Shown one piece after another: positions 54,401 to 63,400 of a stretch of 64,000 bases of DNA; the stretch's first letter is position 1; every line of letters begins with the position of its first letter. The notes beneath the pieces were generated by a model. That model was not told the DNA's origin and ran no database searches. It worked only from the letters and a program-made list of their open reading frames with translations. The DNA is taken from positions 1,116,001-1,180,000 of the forward strand of contig OZ210884.1 in the NCBI GenBank assembly GCA_964658305.1. Direction: 5' to 3'. The position numbers were made by a program, and so were the translations under genes. This stretch comes from Leptogorgia sarmentosa. Taxonomy: Eukaryota.

Positions 54401-57400
54401 TACCCCCTCATTAGCCAATCAGATTTCAACAATTTTGCCCTCTATATGAATATGTGTGGATCATATGCTTGGACAATTACTTGGTGAAAGATCGTTTTTC
54501 GCTTTGTCTCTTGTAAGTTTTTGTGTAGAAACGAGACTGGAGATAAGATCCCAAGTTTCGTCTTGCAATGTTATTACCTGTACAAATATCGTACCCGACA
54601 TACATGCTTGCAGTATCCCCTCGCCTTACTAACAAACCACGAATGCTATTTTGAAAGGTCGTTGTCATGGCAATACGGCAATCCATATATTTTCTGAACA
54701 ATTTTTTAAAACATGAAAATAACGGAGAAAACATCAGCATTTATCATGCTTTTATTGACAATTTTTTCAACGAAAACATGAAAATAATGGAGAAGATAAT
54801 TATTAGCATTTATCCGGGTTTATTGGCAATTCTTTCAATGTCGAGAACATTTCTCATCCGTAGGTTATTATGCCTAATGTAAACATAAATTTGGTGTGAA
54901 AAATACGTTCTCTAATTTGCGTAAAACGTGAAATACTTCAGAAATTGAATTTATATTCTTGTGAATTTCGAGTTTGAAATACAACCATTTCAAGCCAAAC
55001 TTTGCTCGTTTTTACATATAAAGTTCGTTCATATTTTGGAATAATGAAACGACAGTCTTGCGTTTACAAAACGCAAACTTACTCTGGAATTGAACAGTGA
55101 ACGGTCTTTCAAATAAATACGCAAAAGTTTGGAGCAAACAATGTAGGACCAACCAACTTTTCTTGTGTTTCAATCCATAGTCTTCCCAATATTTTTGTCT
55201 ACCTAGCTTCCCAATATTTTCGTCTTCTCAGGAGTCTTTTGAAGTCTTGCAGCAGTAGATCAAGTATTCGCTTTCGCCTTTTCGAGACTATAGTGTTAGC
55301 TCCTTATGATAGACCGCCATATTTTTGAGATCAGTGATGGCCAGCTTCAGAAGGTAACCCAAAATGGCGGCCAATTTGTTGCACTTGAGATAATACCCGT
55401 GTGGAATTAGTACCCTCGCCTCGGGTTTACGACAGGGCGGCGCCTGGCGCCGTGACTCGGGGATTAACAACAGTTTTAAGATAATTAAAGTTGCAATATT
55501 TCTATTTGTGTGCTGATGTATATGGTCTGAATACACACAGATTGACAAAAAAAGCGAGTTGTCTACAATTTTTTGTATATGTCGTGTTATATCGACATCT
55601 GTCATAATAATCGTAGAAAAATCCCAGTTTTTCAAAATTCATATACGATATGAATGAAATAATTTTAGAGCAGTAGTACCAACAGAAAAGTTTTAATCGT
55701 TGTTAATATGATGTTGCTATAATGTAATGTCTAGCTAGGTTATGTCTAATACTGATGGCACATTTCTTAACAAGAACCTCAGTCTGTGTTAGCCTCACTT
55801 TGAGTCAATTCCGCAGTAGTTTTTGCAGAAACCTGTGAGGTAGCCAGATGGTAAGGAGGGATGTTGGCTATGAACCTAAAATATCTGTGAAGGAAAAATA
55901 TCAGATAACTCGAAAAATGCACAGAAAACGGAGTTATTTCTTTAGGACATAATCACATAAACAATATTAATCTTACTATAAAGGCTGGATAAACAGAAGC
56001 CTTATGAACCGGGCAACGAAAACGATATTTCTCTGTCAAGTTCACTGCAATACCATTTTAGCAACATGATGTCATTAATACAAGATATTTTGACATATAG
56101 ACTTATAGTTTATGTAAATGTATGCAGTCAAATTGCTTGCGTCAAAAGTAGTGTTTCATTTGTGTCTATCGTTTTTAAATCAGGAACTAATTCTGCAGGA
56201 ATACATTCGTCAGTTTTAATTCCGTTAAGAATAATCACCAAAAAGTCGCCTTTTGGTTCGAAATTTTTACTCTAGCCCTAAGACATCTTCAAAATTTTTT
56301 AATAGCAGAACAATATTATTTACATTCTTGACACTGCTTGTCAGCCACAGCTCTAAACTCAAGAACAGACAGGTGTTATAATTGCATGAGAAGATTCCTC
56401 GATCTGCTAAGGCAAATTTAAAGTGTTTCCGGGAAAAATATATGCATTTTTAGGCTTTTCAAAATTGAAAGTGAATTTTATTGCATCTGCAATAGCTTAA
56501 TCTTTTTTTTTGTATTTCAGTTTTTGTTTGAATTGCTGTAAGTGAGTTACCTAGCAACCTTCATACTGACGTCTCCAGACAATACATAAAACCTTTCTCC
56601 AAACTTTTTCTCTTTTTTTACAGCAAAAACTAACAAATTTCATGATATTTATTTCATTTCAAAGATCGTGACCACTTCTAGAGTTGATTAGTCTCATATA
56701 TAAATACATTAGGACAGTCTCGATCTATCTCAACTTGTGAAACAGAAATAGTTGACATTCAGGCATCTTACTTGAAATTTTAATTCCATCTCGAGTAGTT
56801 ATAATCACCGTTATGTAAACTCATATCTTATTCGTCTGGTGTAGGTGTGTATTGATAATTTTAAAAGTTTCTCCTGTAAAATATATAGCTATATAACGAT
56901 GCTAAATATCACGTATTTATCCACACTACCAAGTGCGATTCTTATTTCGTCCGTTGTATTTAAATTCTTCGCAATGATTATTGGAGTTTTGGGAAATATC
57001 ACAATTATAATTTATACAATTTTCACGAGTAAAGAAAAGACAGCGACATCTTATTTGATTGGAAACCTGGCACTGGCAGATCTTCTCGTGTGTTTAACGT
57101 TTTATCCAATATGGATGACTGAATTTATACAGACTTTATTAAACATCGATAGCGATCAGGAGTTATTTTGTAAGTTAAGTCGTTCCATCATCTGGGCATT
57201 ACTGTTCGCTTCAGTGGCTACACTTCTCGCAATTACTGTCGATCGATATTTCTATATTGTAAAACCTCTGAAATATCCGCTGATTGTGACAAAACAACGA
57301 GTTTTTGTAACTATGTCAGTTATTTGGTTAACTGCCTGTTGCCCATTTATTGTTTTATTTGTTAATTTCAAGGTAGCTAAAGCTAGTATAAGAAGTTTTT

Positions 57401-60400
57401 GCTACCTAAATGATGAATTGTTTTATTTCATACAAACGTTTACTGTGTACTTTCCGCTGAGTGTAATTGTAATCGTTAATGTTTGGATCTTGATCGTTGC
57501 GGAGAAACAACGAAAACGTATCTTGGAAGAAACAGCAACAAACACGAGTACTGTGAATCGATTTTTCCACGGTCTTAAGGCAGTTAAAACATTTTCTATT
57601 GTTGTTGCAGTGTTAACTTGTTGTATTTTAATACCGACAATTGTTGGACTTGCATTGTATGAGTCTTCATGTAATTCCTGCCTCAGCTTCTGGTACGTTG
57701 TTCTAAACTATGAATTTTATGGGATAAATTCAATTGTAAATGTTTTCATCTATGGAATGAGACATATCAAATACAGAAAAGCTTCTGGACAGATCATTTT
57801 CAAAATACTTTGCTGTAACAAATGAACACTCAAAAAGGAAATCAGCAGCTGCTACATGCAGAACTACGGCAATGAATTACAAACTATCCTGAATAAATGG
57901 AATGGTGAAACACGGAGAACCTCCCGAATATATCGTCATTGGGATACTCCGATGCACTAAATTCATCAATGGAAAAATTTAGTTGAGACTCTAGTTAACT
58001 TGCAGAAATTATTCTGTTGAATAAAGATAGCTACCTCTACTGAACTGCAGATCCTAGTCAAATGATTCCTAATTTTATTGTGAAACTATTATACGTTGGA
58101 ATATTAACAATGAATTGATCACATTTGTATCCCGGTCGGACTTTATATCTTCACGCGTTGCTTGTCCTTCTTGATTATGTAAATAGGCAAACCTACTGGG
58201 TTTTTCTTAAAAGCCAATATATAATTATACTATTGACAATAGTGATTAGTGTATGGATTGAATGGCGGGGAGGTGGGAGCGGTAGTATTGTTGTTGTATG
58301 TCCACTGATGCTCTAAAATCATATTATTGCTTAATTGTAATTATTACTAAATGTCCACTGTGTCCTAGCTAAAATCAATGGTTTCCCACAGCTACTTTTG
58401 AAATTGAATGTATTTCCTTATTTTGTAGCTAAATAACTTCTTTCAAGTCATTAATGGGAGTAAACTTTTTATTCGTTAATTGTTGATGATTCATATGACG
58501 AGAGAATCTAATTGTCGCGGGTCGCGGGTTTTTGTCGCGGGTCGCGGGTTTTTTGTCGCGACCCGCGACAATTAGATTCTCTCTCATACGACGCCCAGCT
58601 AGCTCAGTCGTTTCAGCGCCAAACTCTTCACCTCACTGTCGATAGGATTACGTTTATGTCTAAAACACGTTCAGTACATTCCCATTTTTGAAATTTGACG
58701 ATAAATTTCGAAAACCAATGTGTTATTTAACGTTGTTTTAGCTGTTTTATAATTTATCGGGGGACCGTGTTATTAGTATAGGTAATGTATGTTATCCAAT
58801 TGCAAATTGCGCGAGAAACCATACTATTACTTGTTAATAGTTTGCATGAAAGTATTGGAGACAATTGTAGTGTTAACTGACGTCTCAAAGCGAAATTTCA
58901 CCAGCACTGTTTTCTTGTTTAGTTTATTTCGCATTTCACAGCGATAACGGTTTCAAAAATTCACACAAGGACGTAACTTTCGTCAGATACAGTTTTTCCA
59001 TAATAAGAAAAAGATAAAAGCTATATTTCCGACCCGAAGACAATTCTTACTTTGTTTAGCGCGGCCGGCCGCCATGTTTGTTTTATTTTGAAGCAATCTG
59101 TCGCTTGAGCTCTAATTTTATTGACTCGGAGTGATTACAGAAAATTGCTCTGTGATAATAGAACATTGCACTGTGATTACAGAAAGTTGCACTGTGATAA
59201 CACAAAATTGCACTGTGATTACAGAAAATTGCACTGTGATTACAGAAAATTGCACTGTGATAATAGAAAATTGCACTGAGATTACAGAAAGTTGCACAGT
59301 GATTACACAAAATTGCACTATGATCACACAAAATTGCACTGTGATTACACAAAATTGCACTGTGATTACACAAAATTGCACTGTGATTACAGAAAATTGC
59401 ACTGTGATAACACAAAATTGCACTGTGATAACACAAAATTGCACTGTGATTACAGAAAATTGCACTGTGATAACACAAAATTGCACTGTGATTACAGAAA
59501 ATTTCACAGTGATAACACAAAATTGTACTGTGATTACAGAAAATTAAACTGTGATTGCAGAAAATTGCACTGTGATTGCAGAAAATTAAACTGTGATTAC
59601 ACAAAATTGCACTGTGATTACACAAAAATTACAGTGTGCATGATTTGGGATTAACTGCACTGAAATGAACCAATCACAGTCGAGTAATACTTTGTGTATA
59701 TTATTATTAAAGTACTAATGTAACATGTGTACAATAATTACAACAATTATTCACCGATGTCGAGGTGATTCGGCTAACATTGAGGGCGAATATTTTATCG
59801 ACAACTTCACTGGTAAAATATGCGTAAATTAATTCTAAGATCGCGACATGCACTTCTGTCATTGCATTATCCTTCAGTATTTCGTCAAAATCGATCAAAA
59901 GAAATAAAATTTTTCAGCAGTCATGTTGAAAAAAAGCCTTCCACTGAATACCTCAAATTTACTAGTCTGACAATCAATATTGGTTACTACTGCATATTGG
60001 TAAAATGCTTGAAAAATATTGGTTACTACTGCATGAATTTATAATAATTACTATTATTCATTTTTTTGAAATTAATTCATGTACGCCATTACATTATACG
60101 CCATTGACAATTTTTTCAATTTGGAGAACGTTTGTAGTCCTTTCGTCATTTTAAACGTGAATTTGATGTAAAATTTGAGCTCTATTTTGCATAAAACGTT
60201 TTGAAATATTTCAGGAACTGGATTTATATTCGTGTGTGAAACAAAACCATTTCAAGACAATTTCGCTCGTGTTTTTTTTATATGTAAAGTTCCTAAATAT
60301 TCTGAAAGATAGAAAAGACAGTCTTGCACTTACAAAACATTAACTTACACTGGAATTGAACAGTGAACAGCCTTTGATATAATTTTACGCGTTGAGTGCA

Positions 60401-63400
60401 AACAATATAGACTAACTTCTCTTGTATTTTAATTCATTATCCTTTCTTCTCGCTTCTCTGCTTTTTTCCAATATTTATCTTTTCCCAGTAGCTCTTGTCT
60501 TGGTTTCCGCCCTTTCGAAAGCATTCAGTGTTTACTCTTCATGATAATCCGCCATGTTTTTGAGCGCAGTGGTGACCACCCTTGAACGGTAACGGTAACT
60601 CGAAATATGGACTAATTTGATTTGCTAATAGCCTTGCCGAATTAATATTAGTACTCTCGCGCTTGTTCGGAAATCATGTATTGTTTTTCATTGTTTATGT
60701 ACATATTTTCTCACAGCTGATTCTTCCAACACATTGGTCCCATTGAGAGCTGTGTTCCACTCGTCACCACTTGGAAACCTACTGAGGCCTGTATTTAAGG
60801 ATGAAAACACCAATAACGATGCAGCCATGTGCTACTTGAATGATTTCCTGCATATGATGTGCAAACCTACTGTGGAGGGAGAATTACAGGTACCTTGATA
60901 TTGGACAAAGTTGGAGGGAAACAATAGACAATTCCAGCTTCCGGCTACTTTTTCTCTACGCCAGAGGAACAAAATCTGTCGCTATAACTAAATAGACCAT
61001 CTCATTCAGAATTTTTAAAATTGTCGGCCTATAACAGATTGTAGCCGAAAGCTGGGATTGCTTAGCCTATTTAGTAAAATTAACGCGGTATTCAGGGACG
61101 TCGGAACCTAATGTTCAGCTTCCGCCCCCCCCCCCCCCCCCTCCCCCATGGATTTAAAGAAAACTATTAAAGCCGTGCCTCAGTCGACAATCTTTCATTT
61201 GTATACCCAAAGAAGCCTGAAAAGGCCGACTTTGGACACCGAAACGATCCAGAGACCCTAAATGTTCAATATCCCCCCCCCCCCAATTTTAAAAACGTTC
61301 ACGTGAGTTTTATCATTTTAGTTCTTTATGTAATGTAGGATTTATTTATTTTTTCAGTTGATGCTCAATGCTGTCCTCACAGCTGCGAAGCAAATACATC
61401 AGTTGTTGTCTGAATATGAGGAATATGAATTAGACATTCCTTTTATTCATTTTACCTACTCGTTGATTCAAGCTCGTCTGGTAAACTTCTCTGAACTTGT
61501 TCATGCATTCCCTGAAATGGTTGAGGAATTTTTAGAACTACGTGATCCTTTGAATGGTGGAGAAATGGTTAGTCATAATTAGTTTTCATGATGCTCAACA
61601 ATTCACAAGTATCGTCCACATTTACTTTTATATTTCTAATCTGCACAGTGTACTGTATATGCGGTTTTTGTATAAAATTACTATAAGAAGTATATAGGTA
61701 TAGCAATATAGTATAGCAATACTAAAACAATATGGCGGAAAATGTTTGTTTTGCAAGTGTTTTCGCGACGAATAACACATCCCAAGAGGCAAAAATACTA
61801 CAAATTGTAGCCTGAAGACTCGTAAATGTAAAAGATCAAATTTAAATCACATATATTTACGATAAATTTGCTTTTTCGCGGAAAATATAACGTGCTGGGC
61901 ACATAATTTTGTTTACATCGCAAACGATATTATTTAAATTATTATTGCTCATAGTTGTTTAATCGTATTTACTCGGCCTTGCGAATATTTTACATCCTTT
62001 AAGTAATTATTTTTAAAGTATTTTTAAAGCTATGAATTGAATTTTTCGTACGCTTCGGAATTTCTCGCAAAAAACAGTCACTTTATAGTTTCTGAGCTTT
62101 TCGACTTAAATTATATTTTGTTTATACATCACAGTTTGTACTTTTTAGTGGCAGTTTGTACCAATGTTTTATACAATTAGACAACACGCCCTCGTTGTTT
62201 AATTGTTAAATATCTTAAACCGAATGAACCGAATTTCATTTTATGTGGAAAAAAATATGATGTTATAAATACACTATTTAAGCGCTTAAAAATTGGATCC
62301 TGAATTGAAATACTGTCTCCTCCCTGGGAACAAATTTAGACAAATGTGTCGTCATCGGTCAGATCTATATTCCTAGTTCCATTGGCTGGGCGAATTTGAC
62401 CTAGGGGAAGAAACCAACCATATTTTGGTGCAAATCTGTTCCCAAAGTGACAAATTTTCCTTTCACTTCACGGCCAGATTTCGCCGAAATAGCTAATGAA
62501 CATCGTGTTTTCAACCGCCAGTCAACAACTGTAAACGTTTACGTTTTTTATATCCTTAGAAATAATTTTGGAATAAAAATAAAATGACGTTTTCTGAAAG
62601 TATTTCTAAAATATATCAAGTTACATTAATTTTATTATCAAGCTGGCTTTAATAAATAAATAATTAATTGCTAATATAGCTATAGGCAATTTCAAAATAA
62701 AAATATACATATAGAAACATGCATTAGACAACACTGACAACAAATACGTCGCTCCTTTCATCAAAGATCGATTTTCTTCCCGCAATTTTCATTCATAAAA
62801 CTATTTCAGGTTCTGGATGTGGAAGCTCTGGAATGGTGTTTGCAGCAATTGGAGCCAAAGCCTGAAGATCTACATAACGCTGAAAACAGACTGATCTGGT
62901 GTAACCGAGTTCAATCCATCCGTCCTATTATACAAGTTATGAAAACGTTTAATTCAAGACCTCCGCAAGAGCAAAAGGTCGTTGGTACCAGTGGAGAAAG
63001 ATTCCATGAACAACTTTTTAGTGATCGATCCGCTCATATTTTTAATGACTGCAGGTTTGTAGTAAGCCAGTGATACAAATGGCCATTTCCCGCTTCAAGC
63101 GCACCGTATCGTAACGGAACGGAGCATTTTGTTTTGTGTCAAAGTCGTTAGACCCACTTCCCACTTAGAAAACAAAGACGAACGATACGTTTCGGCACGA
63201 TTAGGGTGAAGTGGAAAACGGCCTTGATGGCGCAACATCATCAATGCGTAAGGGCGCCGCATAGTGTATGCAAGTGCGGTTGTGCGTCTCGACGTCATAT
63301 TATATGTGGTGTTTTTTGTTAATATTTGGTTTAAGGTTTGAATTTAAGCGGTAAACTATTTTTCTTTATTTGCACATTAATTACACTGTTGTTTACATCG

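Noticed and set aside
58590..58620. tRNA or tRNA-derived SINE (gcccagctagctcagtcg)
   Set aside because: Only an A-box-like 5' fragment is visible, with no B-box or cloverleaf.
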